From: Raillietiella orientalis
Lineage: Eukaryota
Assembly: GCA_036172245.1 (NCBI GenBank)
Contig: JAYWIR010000020.1
Span: 744,001-808,000, forward strand
DNA length: 64,000 nt
Reading direction: 5' to 3'
Shown here piece after piece: positions 1 through 22,646 of this stretch; positions within the stretch are counted from its first letter, which is position 1, and every line of letters starts with the position of its first letter. The translations under genes and the position numbers were made by a program. The notes beneath the pieces are model-generated. The model was not told where the DNA came from and did no database searches. It saw nothing but the letters and a program-made list of their open reading frames with translations.

Positions 1-3000
1 GAAAGCATTTCCCATGCTTTTTTCGATTGTAAAATGGGCAATATGGCATGCAAACAGCATTGTGCTCTCAGATGATTTTAAAACTAAATATTCAAAGACC
101 TAGAGAAATGAAGATAACCTTTTACCAAGGAATTTTTTGCTTTTTTTGTGGTCCTGAAAACATCAATTCTCTGGGGTTAGTACGATCTGTGCTTTCATTT
201 TTACTAGTTTAGCTTTTATTATTGTCAAGCACTACGCTTGCAAAGTCATTTCATTTAATATTTACTAAAGGTCTGTTTCAAGCATGTGGTTGCCTAAGTG
301 TTCTGACAAGTTAACCAGAAACATATTGAAATAGAAAACAGTAAGAAGCATTGTAAAATGATAGTAAAGAACGCTTATTTGAATTGATAGGCAGCTATAT
401 TCCTTCCCTCGTATTTAGCATTTAGCATCCAGTTACTCAACATTTACAAAGATTGTCATAAGCTTATACTGTATAGTCAGGCAGGAAGAGCATATAAAAG
501 ATCCATAGTACCAGACCAGTGTTCCTATGTAATTATTACTTGTCAACTGATTCAAAGACTTCGTTGCTTCCGAATCACCACTGCATGCCATTTCATGCAT
601 TTGAATCTCAAGTTTTATTAGTGAAGTTTAATTCGTATCTATAACAGCTTTTCCCGAATGTACATACACATAAATTTATGGAGATTTTTTTTAAATAAAG
701 GTGTTTGTTCTGATGACTCATAAATTATTCTATCATTTAACATAAGAAAAATGCAAAGGTTATTTGGCAATAAAGATGGCACTTTCATAGTGCGTTTGCA
801 AGGTTTCACGGAAGGTCTCAGTGCCCAAATGTCTAATATCTCAAGGTTTGGGTTCCATTTCTGTTCCGATTGGTAAGATATCTATGCTGAAAGGTTCTCC
901 AAAATGTAGGAATGCAGCCTCATTCGACATAGTTTCATACTGAAAGAGATGTTTATATAGTGCAGACCACTAAATCGAAAACCAATAAAATTAACGTTCC
1001 TATAATTTTTTGATGATTTGCGATGAGAGGATTAATTTTAAGTACTGCTTCACAGTGATATGTACTGCACACTATCAAATGTCGAGTAGAAAGCAACAGG
1101 TCTTCACTTTCTCGGTTATGCGAAAGTTAGAAAAAAGAAAAAACAAAAAAAATTATGTAAGCGAAACCTTCCATTCCTGAATTACATTTACAGAAAGAAA
1201 AATGCAGTTTCTTCGCGATGTTATTCTATAAGAGCTCAAGTTCAAAATGCTAGGAAAGATAATTCTGGAAGGCCTGTGAGATGATGGTATCTTGCTTAGA
1301 AGTGTATGTACACAGGTTAAAGTACGAACACTGCTTGCAGGAATAATGGTGCATCAGTATTGCGATTGCGCAGCGCTAATGAGGGACTTTGCTGCGCTGT
1401 TCACCCGTGCGGCCACCTCCTTCCAAGGGCTGCAGCGGCTGAATTTTTTTTTTTTTTTTTTTGCCTCAGGTCATTAACGAAAGACCTTATGCAGTTCTGC
1501 AAACAAGCCTTATCTACCTTCAGCTATGCAATTGAACGACTGACATCGATGACGCATTCGAAACGCAACTGACGTGGCGTGGAAACAACGAACACTTAGA
1601 GGTTACTTTAAGGAGTTTACCGGTGTTACATAAATTGCAGAAGAATGTTGTTATTACCTGATTCGATATATTAAATAATGGACACTGACTCTAGTCATAA
1701 GCCTTTGTTCAAATTCAGCATTTCTTTTTGAACATGTCGATGCTTCCTTTTGTGTTGCGTACAGCTAATAGTGTAAAAACACATGCTTTAAAGATTTCCT
1801 CGATAGCTAACAGAGAAAAATAAAGACCAGCCAGGAAGAAGAGTTAATGAAATTGATGTGAAAAATTCTTGGGACGCTTCTCAAAAAGTTGCAATGAATT
1901 TCAAAAAATTTTGGTCTGAAGTTTGCTGAAAGTCCTCAGTTGTCCTTAAGGATACTTTGGTCGCCTCTGAATTATCTTTGTTAAACAAGATTTTCGACAC
2001 GGTTTGTGAGGCAGAACTACAGAAATACACTGGATGTACGATTTGTTTTATTCTACCTAAAAGCCGTATGCATGGATAGATCTGTCGATGAAATTGACAC
2101 AGATGGCGTAGTACTTAAAGGAAGCATGAAGTGATAACAAAGAAAAATGTATATAAATTTAGTTGATGTAAGTGCGCTGAAGAAAGAAAAAAAAAGCATT
2201 GCATATATGGTTTGCGTGCAAAGAACCCGTACAAATTGAATGTTTCATTTCCAAGATGCATGCATTGTGTGACGACGATACAATATTAGAAGACCAGAAA
2301 AGTAAACAAATATATTGCTCTTAGGGAAGACTTTATAGGAACAAGTTCGGGATCGTTCACTGGCGGCAAATCAGACCACAAATAAAGTTCTTCACTTCAT
2401 CATTTAAATTCTGTTAGAGAAACCCGATATTACCCCTCACTTAACTAAGGATGGGGAGTGATGCCCGTAGATCGAAAGTGAAGTTTTTCTCCAGACTCAA
2501 TTTGCATACTAATCTAAACTATCACAAACTAACACGACCACTATCGCAAAGATGATTTTGTCTCTTGTTCGAAGAAAAAACAACAACAGGCACCAGATTT
2601 TGTATTAATCATATTACTCAGAACGAATTCCCGTTTTCCGAGAGCCAAGAGGTAAGACTGAATCCTATTCAGCGATTTAGAAGTGTCAAGAATCTGAAAT
2701 CAAGATTGAGATTCCCACTGCAATGCTCCGAGGAAGTAAAGTGAAATGAGGCAAGAAATACACGATTCCATTTCTAGAGCGGTGGAAATTAACCAAAGAG
2801 AAATTTAAACGAAATATTTGGAATCATGAGAGACGGACTCGGGCGAACGAGAAATCAAGGATGTAACCCAAATTCCACTTTCAACTTCAAAACGGTAAGA
2901 ACGGAAACACGCCATTTTCCCAAACTGGGTTACAGGAACATTGATGGGGGGGGGGGGATGGTTGCTTGGATGAAACAGAATTGTCAGGGTTGATTATCGA

Positions 3001-6000
3001 AAACTCTCTTATCGATACGTAAGTTTCAAAATAGTAGGAATTCGTGTTTCGAAGAAATTCTTCTGTACACAAGAAAATCATAGCGTTTCTAAAATTTTAA
3101 TTTACAGTTTGCTAAAATGAAACGAATGTTTTCCATGTTGGTCAGAGATTTTCCAACGAATTCGCAGCAGTGTACGAGGTGAAATTATAGTGTGTGAAAT
3201 CACGAAAACCTTGCGCGGCTACGAAATATTGCAGAATCCATCCAAATGTGCGAAAACAAAGAAAAATTCCCTGTAGCTCCGATGCTCCTTCGAGATGGTC
3301 TTTGAAAAGTAACTGGAACAGGAACTTTGCAGTAGTTGCTTTCGGAAATATTTGCAGACAATGAAAACCCCGAATCAACTCCAAAAATCACTGAATTCCA
3401 CAACGAATGAATCCTTTTCTTCCCAAAAAGGGCACAACCAAAAACGGTCATTTGCAGTCAATTACGTGAACACCTCTGGTGTAATCTACCATGCATTTTA
3501 ACAGTCATTATGATGCAGTCATTACGACACAAAACTTTTCAAACTGCAGCAGCTCGATCTGAATTCCGACTGTTCCGATCATTTCCAGTATTTCTAATAC
3601 TCGCAAAACATCAAAAACAACGTACGAGAACAACACAAAGTGATCTTAGGAAGACGGATTGAGATGCTGCCATCGTAGACCAAGTTACATTCCCTTGATG
3701 TGTGTCTACGATTTGCAGGTCTCCAACGGAAACCAGTCAGTAATGAAAAGTTCGAAGAATTTATTTCTGATAACTTTCGTGTCGGGAGATGTAAAGCACC
3801 ACATCAAGTTCAAATCGACAAAAACTGTTTCTATTACAAAAGATGATGGTATTTCTTTCTTTTTTTAGTCCATAAATTCTCCCAGGTTTAAAAATGCGTA
3901 AAACCTGCATTCGGTATTTTTCTTATCTTTTTCCCATCTTCCCTAAACAATTAAAGCAACGCCTTTGAAGTTAAAACATACACCTTTTACATGCTTCTAT
4001 CTTTTATTGAATTATTAAAACAGTTTGTACAGAAAAACAAAAAAAAAGCAAAATTCGCAATCCAATTCCATTTTCAATAGATATAATAAACAAACCTGGA
4101 AATCTGGATCTTTTCCTCGTTGAACTCGAGCTTTGAGGCATCTCATGCATAGCCTTGGACGTTAGTTACATCATTAGTGAATTTTTTTCATGAATCACAT
4201 CTGCACAAAGGCCCAACATCTCTTTAGAAAAAAACGTCGCATATACGACAGTCCATGCTCACATAACCTTCGAGAACGAAAATCTGATTTGGTGCACACT
4301 GAAAATAGGCATTAATGAGACAATTGCCTGAAGAGGTTTCGTAATGCCTTGGCTGCAGTTAGAAACATCTGTTAGCACAATGCGGTAATGTAATCCTAAA
4401 TGTTTGTAAAACGCGTGGTTGAGGTCTTTGTTTCATCCCATAAGGTTGAAAGATGAGAAAATGCCATAACAAAAACGAATTGGAATCGAAATGGAAAAGA
4501 ATTTAGATTATAACGAGGCCGCTTGATAGCAAGAGCATACTTTCTGCCATGTGATTTTTCTCAAATAATAAGGGAACGAAAAACCCACGACGAACTTTGA
4601 CATTTTGGAAGAGCTTTTGGAAATCTAATTTGGCGAATAATTAGAAATCCAGCACTTCAGATTATGTATGATTTGATCTCGACATTTCTTAGCGAGACAT
4701 GCATGCACAGTTACCAAATAACCTAAAGCTATGTAATTATAATGGTAAGATGGATGGAAATTATCTACATTAGGATGTATTGTTCTTACTAGAGTATCAT
4801 CTCTAAAGTGGAAGTATTCATCGTCATAGTTTATGAATGAAATTGTTAAGTAAGCTTCCAAAGCTGATTTCAGGGGTATAAGCAAAATTTCGATTTATGT
4901 AACTGAGTAATAATAAAAAAAATTTGATTGTCAGTTTTCAATGAAGTGCTTCATTCTCAACAGAACTTCGGTTTTGATCAATCAAAACCCTGAAACGAAC
5001 TTTCGCAAATGACTTTTACAGCTACAGTTTTTAAAGCATTCATTGCAAACAGTATTCATTACTGAATAATATTTACTCCTAACATGAATATATTACAGTG
5101 GAGGCACTGCAACGTACACCAAAAGCATTTTGTTGAAATCATAAAGGTCATTTTAGCATCTATGTGTGCAGAATAACTAGCAATTCATCAATTCATAACC
5201 GATAGGTTTTCTAACGTAGGTGTGATACTGAATCTGATTCCCGGAGTAAACATTTGACTATGGATTTGCACCATTGAAACGCAGTTTCCTGATTTAATCG
5301 TCTTTCTGTCTTCTCAACACCATCGAAAGAAGAATAAATGAGATTTTATCAACATTTTTACGAACAAAAGCTACACCTGCCCGAAGGCAATGACGAACAT
5401 CTCTGAAAGTTTAAAGGAATTCGAACAGAAATGACTATACATGCATTAGAGAACACTAATTAATACACTTACTAGAAGTCCCTCTGTCAAGAGTCACTCT
5501 TAACAAAATAGTATTGAATAACTAAGCTTGACTGAAAGTAGGGGTCCATCCCTTCATCGAACATGTACTTTTCTTTAGCCGATTTTACTTTTACTCGTAA
5601 AACTGTACACGGTATTGAATAGTATAAAATATGTTCTCGACTATAAATCAGATTATATGCATTTACTGATGCTGTGTTCTAACAAAATCTTGAATTCCCT
5701 AAGCTTAATTTGGATTGTTTTTGTTTTCTTCATTGCTCCAACAAAAAGATGTTTTAGAATTCATTATGAGGGTGTACTAGTTTTCCATCAGTAGTGTTGT
5801 TTTTATCTGTCTTTACTGCTCTCTTACGAATGTATATTTCATCTCAAGTTTGTTTCCAACTTCGATTTCAACATACTCTTGGTCATCTTACTTTATTCCT
5901 GTTTCTTCTCACCTCAAATCCTTGCTATTTCTAAACAGTTTCTTATAAAGACCAATTGACTTTATTGTGAGAATTATTTCCCTTAGCCCAATTGATCTAA

Positions 6001-9000
6001 TTCAGCAGAACTGATTGAGCTACCAGAATTTTGATAGTGGACAGAGAATGAGCTTTCAGTTAGTTCTCTGCTTTAAATTCGGGATGTGCATATGAGCATC
6101 ATCGTCAATTAATGAACCTCCTATGACTTCAGAGCAAAAATTGCTTGAGCTATACTTTGCGAAAACTCTCGTGCATTCAAGACTGAATCTGTCTTGTTCG
6201 TTTAAGCCATCCTTGGTACTGTGATAGTATCTCAAATGTTCTTCAGAATACTGAAAATCTGAGTTAAAATCACCATATCTATGGCAAAGAAACTATTTCT
6301 AACTTTAACAAACATATAAGATTATGTATGTATTAACTATGCATGACAGTTTTTTTTTTCTTCCTGCCGAAGAAACACAAATGCAAAATATCCAAATAGA
6401 GGAGACCAAATGGTGTTCTTAAATTATTAACAATTGTACTTACCTTATTACACTATCCATACAGGAATTTTTCAGATTCAACATTTTTCATTTAAAGCAG
6501 AGATTGATAGACGTACTGTTCAGGAAGCGAATTCATTTACAGTATAATATTAGTATATTCAACTCAATTATCGCAACACATTTCTACAGCCCGAGCATAT
6601 ATTGAATCTGAAATTGTATCAATGAGAATTGCAAGGATGGATTTGCATTCCACATGCCAAATTGAAAGATTCTGGATTCTGAGATTATTTACACTCAGAA
6701 ATAAGAAATCCATCCCCGTGCATCTACAAGCAATGCATACAAAAAATGGACCTCTTACTGTATCGCCAATATCCAAACAGAGAGAAGGGTATCAATCTCC
6801 TATCCTTTGAAATTTCTCAAATTTTTGTACTATGAAGACGTAGTAATTCAGACTAACCATTCACTTATTTTTCAAAATAAAATGCTCCCTGTCTCTTTCG
6901 AAAATCAGTGCTGAAATTTCAACACTTCCGTCATGCACAGATTATTGTTATCATTCCAATGAACGAAGAACGAAGCAAATGCTAACTGAAACGAAATTTT
7001 TTTCTTTCAAATGTGCATTTTTCAATGCATCTTCCCACCATTGTATCCTGGCTTTTAAATTAAACTAAAAAGCTGAATAGAAACCCTCAATATCAACTAG
7101 GTTGAAGATGCTGAAGGAAGATAGAGCACGTTGTAAACGGGACAAGCATTTGTTAGTAAATTTTGCATTAAATATCCATGTCACACTAAACGACTTTTGC
7201 ATGGAAATGATACGTTGACGACCTATTTTGTAATGAGTCATCTTGCATGATCATTGAAGAGAAAGTCCATTTTGACGTATGTAGTATCGTAGAATCCAAG
7301 GGAATTCTCTTGTGACAGTCACCTGCACTTTTAAGTGAGTAAATAAATGGCCTTCTAGATCGCTCTTGATGGGATTTATAAGCACTGACTTGTATAGATA
7401 TATGTGCTACGTCCAGCTTTAATTTAGTTTGGCCAATGAGGCAAATTTTTCTTTGTCTAACATAGCTTTGGGATCAAGATTTTTGGACTCAATAGCAAAA
7501 TAGGCTCATAATTAAACAATCGGTCATTTGCACTAACTCTCAGTCTAAGATCAGTATTGTTTCTTTTATTCGGTATACGTTTGGAGAGATCTTCTTCTCC
7601 TACAGTTATATTTTTCTACAGCAACAGACTCAGGATCTTTCAGACTGATGCTGATCTTTAGCGGGTGGCTAGATTATGTGTAAAACTAAACTTGAGTGAT
7701 ACGATCTAAACGTTGATGTAATATGTTGACTATTTAAACATAAAACACATTCAGTATCGAGATCTGAATTTAGTTAGCAGTACTGAATGAAAGAACTGAA
7801 CAGAAGAAATGATATACCAAAACTTGATTTTTATATCCTAGGATAAGGAATATTAAATAAGGAGTATTAAACAAATGATTTTACTCGAACTTATTCCATC
7901 AGCCGAACACGTTGGGAGCTCACATCTACTAGATTTAAGTTTCTGTTGCCAATATTAGAAAGCATTAAATCTAGAGAATTTTCTAAGAGAAAATTCAAGT
8001 CATCGGGATGAGTATGCTGTAATTAGAAAAGAAAGTGATACATAATGAATGAGTATGTGATTAAGATATTGAAATCTGATTTTAACCGTATTACCTGTTT
8101 GGTGTTTTGGATATAAGCATACCGAAACTTCACTCTATTAATATGGAAACTTAGCAAACATTACATCCAATAGCACAGTATTTTATATAATATTGACTCG
8201 ACTTAACGGTAACTGCATGGCTAGCATTTTGAGCTGTTCTTTTTGTGAAGCTATTGTGAATTTCGAAAACCTGAATGAAGGGAATGTTTGAGAGAATGAT
8301 AATGTAACAAGGAACTACAAGAAACTCCAAGCAGTATTGCTTTCAATGCACAATATGTGGGCGAAATTTTTTTTTTCTTAGAAATCAAAACAACGTTCTG
8401 AGAAGAGCGACCATAGTATGGACTTTTCACCAGTTTCTGTAGTAGCATTTTTTCATTAATTACGGACACTATACTAACATCAGTTCAAACTATAGGAGAA
8501 CAACATACAGAAGTATCAAAAGATGGGACTCATTTTATGATCAGGATTTTTTCTCTGATCTTATAAACCTTACTTAGAGTAAATTTGACTGTCACATTTG
8601 TATCACTAATCTCCAATTAGAAAATTACTAATATCAATGGATCCATCGTTAATCAGGAGAAATATATAAGTTACATAGTTAATCCTTCCTCCCCCTCTTC
8701 CAAATAAAAAATCCACAAATGTTTTTCATATTTCATTCAATTGAGTAATGCAAGCTTTATAAGTTTATGATAGCTTTTGTTCAAGTTTATAATGAATTTA
8801 ATAGAATCAACGAAATGAGTACAAAGACTCGATGATTTTAGATTAAGATAGCAACTGCTGCAAAGTAGTAGTATTTTAGTATAGCTATTAGTATGTGATT
8901 AGTACACTTATGTTTTGTCTCTTGTTGATGTAACGAGCTATGTCAAAGAATGAATTACTAAGAGCAACAAATTGAAATATGAATTTTTACCATCACCTCA

Positions 9001-10507
9001 TAATGGATATCCAGATTTTGTGACCAGAATCGTTATATCTGGAACTAGCACTACACGCAACACATACAATCTTTTTTTTTTTTTAATGAAAAAAAAGGAG
9101 ACTGCTGTGAAAAAATAGGAGGATGATACATCAGTTAAAGCAGTCAGGAGACAAAATCCAAAGATGGAAAACTAAAAGAAAATCTATCAGATGATTAAGA
9201 CAAAGTCTAAATGAATTGGTCTTTAAACAATAAGCTTGACAAAACTTAGGGAAAGATATGTGTCTATTTTTCTTCTTCCAAAGATTAGAATCAATTTTCA
9301 TATTCCGGTTTACTCAGAATACGATATTTTCTTTCATGTGTTTCTTGGTCAGAGCTACTCGAAAATCTCGGTTCCAACAAGATTTTTGATCTGAAAGAAA
9401 TCTTTGCATAAGTTATTCTATATCAAAAAAATTATGTACAAGAGTGAAGTACATTCGGTTCCAGAAGAGAGTGCATTGTTCCGTACATCCAGTCTGTTAA
9501 ACCTTCGCAGTAACAAAACCTTTGTATTTCTTTTTTTATTGGACATTCTATACCGCTTAGGATCATCTGGAGTTGTTCTCCACTCCCATGGTGAAGTATC
9601 TTCTAAAATACTTCTGTAAAGTAATTAGGTGCACATTATGGAATGCCATCTGGCAATTGCAAAAGCCAGAACGTACTTCCCCTTGCACGCGATAGTTTTA
9701 TTATGAGTTGTTGCAATGACGAAACCGATGGCATGAAGGAGTTAACATTCTCCAAAACTTTATTGTTCGTTTTGTGTGATTACAAAGTTTGTATGCAAAA
9801 GGCTCTGGAGAGTCCTCCGCAGTTGTTATTTTCTCCCCATCCTTTACGGGGCTTCTATGATCTGCTCGAATTCCTCCGGATATCATTATCTAGGTGGTCG
9901 AGTTGGTTCTCCGGAAACGACAAAGCTATCAGCAAACTTGGCATTTAACAGACACATTACAACATAAGGAGCTTCAAATCCACCTCCATTCCGTATGTTC
10001 CATAATTTCAAATGTGAATGCCTTGCTCTTTTATTCAGACATAAAGGAAACACAAAATTCATCCACATTTATAAACATTCTACCATGCTTGTTTTCTGGT
10101 TAAAAAAAAAAAATCCTGTGTAGTCTAATTTTTAAAATGTGTTTCTGTTTGCAAAACAATGCGTTGTTGGAATGTACTCATTCAATCGTTCTGTTTTATT
10201 CGTTATTATTTGTTGCCATCTTAATTTTGGAGATATTGATAGTACATTTTAATGGTTGCTAAATATGAATCGTATTGTGAAAGACTGAATTGCATTTAAC
10301 AATATTATACTTTTGATATAGCCGACTGTGGTAAGCATGAATGTTTTTGGTTACGCTAATAATGCGCATTGAATACCCCATTCAGTCATGTCTCTTGTGC
10401 ATGCAGTATGTCAGTGAATTGATGTTGGGATTGTCAAGAAAATTGGAAGAGTTTGAGGACAACTTGAGGTGTCTCACTGGCGTGTGTATTTTTTTCAGTT
10501 GATAGCA

Positions 10508-18846
<8,339 letters not shown>

Positions 18847-18893
18847 TTGCTGTTCCTTGTAAATGGGAACAGCAATAAACCAAATTATTATTA

Positions 18894-18958
18894 GTTGGCT
18901 TATATGAATGACTACTGTAAAGTTCATTGCAACATAGTAGAACATGATGCAAGCCAAC
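18894..18958 (+). promoter_or_regulatory. Eukaryotic SECIS element, type II-like
   Basis: Helix I GTTGGCTT/AAGCCAAC (perfect 8 bp); ATGA 18904-18907 opposite TGAT 18945-18948 (tandem G.A core); helix II TG-A-CTACTGT / ATAGTAG-AA-CA; unpaired AAA 18919-18921; apical mini-helix GTT/AAC. Confidence 0.88.
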
Positions 18959-19014
18959 ATCCTTAGAGTGTGGTTGAATATGATAAAAATGCATACCTAA
19001 AAGAACGTTTTCTA

Positions 19015-19020
19015 AATAAA
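19015..19020 (+). promoter_or_regulatory. Distal poly(A) signal of TGR
   Basis: First AATAAA downstream of the SECIS. Confidence 0.55.
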
Positions 19021-20519
19021 TTAAATTTAAAAACTTGGAATTCATTCAATTATTGACATCTAGTTGTATGAAGACTGCATATACGAATAGGTTGATATTC
19101 ATTCAACTCTTTATACAACTTCTTGTATTTCTGAGCTTACTTTTGGGGTAGTTCAGCTAGATAACAAGGAGCTAACTGTCCCTCAACACCAAGTTCAAGA
19201 AGTGGTACCTTGAAGTCACATACATACATGTACCAATTATTAGTTTCTAGTGTGCAGGACTTATTCAAGCTATACCTGAGCCAACTCCCACATGGGATAT
19301 TATTTGTTTCAAGTGTATTGTGCAGCATCAAACTCCTGAATCAAGATCTCCAAAAATTAAAATTTGCACAAATATTACTGATTCTGGAACTAACAGCAAA
19401 CCCAAGAATGAGTTAATGAGGATGTTGATGTTGGTCACTTAAGGGCTGTTTCTTGGTCATTATAAATTTGTATTATAGAGAGCAGTTGAAGTGGTTGCCT
19501 TTCTTGATTCCAATTTGCAAAGGCGATGTTTTGCATGCTTTGGAGTGGGAATGATATAAAGTAGCATAGACCTAGTTGGCTTAATAAGCAAAAAAAAAAG
19601 GAAGGAATGGTTTGGGTTCCCAGTCAAAGTGCACAGCTCTACAAAAATTGGATGGAATCAGTGTACTGAAGGAGAAACAACACAACATGGGTATGTATAC
19701 ACATACTAAATCAGTTTGAAGAATGTTGCAAACCTATATAATACATTAAACGCAATGACTGTTCTGGGCTCCTAAATTAAGGAACCAGATTTGTTAGGTT
19801 TCTTAATTTAGAAGACCAGGATATGAATCACTTCTAAAGAATTATTAAGCTGGCGACACCATCCACTTCTAATTTTTCGAAATGCTTTGTTTTTATTCAT
19901 AACTTTTTTTTTTTTTTTTTGCAAGTCCCAGATTCCTTTTATCCATTACACATTTGACATAATACAGGGTCATTATTTTAATACGAAAACCTTGTACTGG
20001 AAAAAGATTTTTTCCTTTTCCAGTACAAATGTAGTAAATGCAGTAATACTACTGCACAAAAATATAAATCATAAATTCAGAAAATAGCATTTGCACTTGT
20101 AATATTTGAAAATTCCTACATAAAACAATCTTTTAATATTTAGAAGAAAGCATTCATAACCAACAGAGAAGCAACTGCATTCAACCTACAAATTCAAATG
20201 CCACCTGACAGAATCCATGATCTCTAAATTGAAAAGCCAAGTCTAGCTTAACTACAAAACTGAGCTGAACAAAAATTTGGAAACCTGAGAACTGAAATTT
20301 CGAACGGAATTTTCCAAGTTGTTTTATCCGATTGTACTTTTGTTCAATTTCCCAAAGTAATGTAGTCTCATTCAAATGTGTGAAAATAGTGTTTCCATCA
20401 GTCCTGGAAAATGGAGATAAAGGAAATATGCACCAAAGTTTCAAGATTACATATTTCAGATATAAAGTAAAACTTCAGTAAACTAAGCAAATCTCTTTTT
20501 TTTCTTCAAAAGTTGTCTA

Positions 20520-22646
20520 TCAGAGGCAATCACTTTCATACGCTCTTTCACAGGAATTTTGAAGAAGATGTTGTGCAAATCCTTCAAGGAGTTCTCTATC
20601 TATGAAAAAGATTGCAACGTGTTTTTCAGCCACACTTTTTACCTGTAGTCGAAGACGCTTATACAATTGTAAGTCTTGATCTGTCACTTCATTCACTTGC
20701 TCTCGTAATACCAACTGCTCACAAACACATGCTGTGTCTTGGATAGTTCTAATGATTTCTTGTACTTTTGCTGTCTGCCACAGACGTCGTGTCAAATATC
20801 CATGCACAAAAGCAGGAAGATTTCTGAACTTTAAAATAATATGAAGTTACATCCAAACACAGGCTATCCACAAACTCACCAAGACTAACTCTGGCAAAAT
20901 TTTTTGTTTATCTGAAATGGCAATGTATCAACATTTCAATCCTAATAACAGTTTGCATTTGTTTAGAATCTTACAAACAGCAGTAACTAATTTTTTGTTG
21001 CAATTAAAGAGCATACAAGGTATTCAATCTTTAAAGGAGCTTACTTGTGAATTTTTCAGTTTTCGACAAATGTAGAAATTTGATATCTAAACACATTAGA
21101 TTAGATTGTGAGTTCTTTTCAGAAGAATCTTTACTTGGAAAAACTGATGTCTTTTGATTATCTTGGATCAACTTCTGAGGGGAAGGGGAAAAATAAAGAC
21201 AGTCAATTTCATTTTTAACACCATTTGATTGCTTTATAAATCCTTCAGTTTCACAATTCTTGCATACACTAGGTGAAGAAGATATACATTCACTATTAGC
21301 AAACTCCAGATCATCAAGTTTTAAATCACTAAAATGATTTGCATTTAGATATTCATCTTCATCGGCATACTGTGTTTCTGATTCACTTTGACATTCTTCA
21401 CAAGATGCTTTTTCTGCAACTGCTACCGAAGCATTTTGCTTTCTGTTTTCAGAACATATGATTGATGTAACTTTTGGATGTGGTGGTGACATTTCAGCCT
21501 CATTTTCAATAAAGCCTGAACTTGAAAATTGCCTGGGAAGTTTATCAGGAGAATTGCTACTTTCATTACATTGGTTGGTTGCATTTTTGATTTTCTGTTT
21601 TGTGATATCTGTATATCTCTGTAAAAAGGAAGGAGCAAATGATGGAGGTTCTTCACAAAAAAATGATGTTCTCATATTCTGCTTTCTTTGTTTGGAGACT
21701 GATTTTGCTTCTATTAATAATGCAGCTTCTTTATACTCCTTCAATTCTTCTCGCTGCTCCAATGTAATCTACAATAAAATTTCTTAGCATAAAATCCACG
21801 ATTTTTTAAAAAGTTTCACAAATTTACATCGAAAAGATAATCTGCATTAATCTAAATCTATTCTGATGATAATAGGATTCAAAGAACTGTGCAACTTAGT
21901 GCTCATGTGTGATTGAAAAACAGTTTACACAGCTAGAATCATGTAGATAGCATGCAAACAAAAAATGAAAACCCAAGTGAATGAAAAACAAAGGAAAATA
22001 AATGTTTACATACATTTAAAGTTTAAAAACAATTGAGGTTTTCTAATTTATATTACACGGATTCTGATCAAAAAAACAAAATACTACTTTAATCAGTAAT
22101 ATGAGCGAACATTCATACTGTTTCGGACAATATTTCAATATGAGCAACGGATTTACAATTTCGATTTCAATCCAACAAAAGGATAACAGTAATGGCCATA
22201 TGATCACCTGTAACAAAAGAATAATATAAAACCCTTTTACGCCAATTTGCTTTACTCAACGTGACTTGCATTTCATTAAAACCAAATATGCATCGGAGAA
22301 AATTAAGCAATTTTGATTAAAAAAACATAATTCCGTCAAAAACATAGGAAATGAATTCGGAGTTCTAATCCTTTTTTTTGTTTACGGGCATCCTCAATCC
22401 TTAAATTCCTACCGAAAGGAAATGCTCTGATTTACCATTAACACACACATAAACGAATAAATTATTCTTCCAGTTTCAATTACACACATTAAGAAGCTCA
22501 TAAGAATTATCAAAGACTGTCACCATGACAAAGACGTGACCAAATTTTAAAAAACTCAAAAATAAGGAATAATGGCTTACTATGGGTGGTAATATAGGTG
22601 CCCCATTTATTCGAATACAAGACGTATAGCCTGACTGGGTTGACAT
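20520..22646 (-). CDS. CCP110: Centriolar coiled-coil protein CP110-like, about 376 aa
   Basis: Exons 22646-22581, 21768-21045, 20911-20880, 20828-20520 splice in frame. N-terminus YTSCIRINGAPILPPIITLEQREELKEYKEAALLIEAK resembles the conserved CP110 N-terminal motif; C-terminal block VHGYLTRRLWQTAKVQEIIRTIQDT...QDLQLYKRLRLQ...IFF resembles the CP110 GFLTRRL...KDT...QD...IFF block. Confidence 0.8.

Noticed and set aside
4625..6810. Short minus-strand open frames, one after a TTTTCAG at about 6252
   Set aside because: No recognisable motif and no phase-consistent spliced model.
9404..10103. Cluster of short ORFs; the minus-strand frame SPWEW...DPKRY is reminiscent of IL-17
   Set aside because: The cystine-knot cysteines do not follow in frame.
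19250..19442. Plus-strand frame CAGLIQAIPEPTPTWDIICFKC resembling the end of a PHD finger
   Set aside because: No upstream exon with the other zinc ligands; it lies just past the TGR poly(A) signal.
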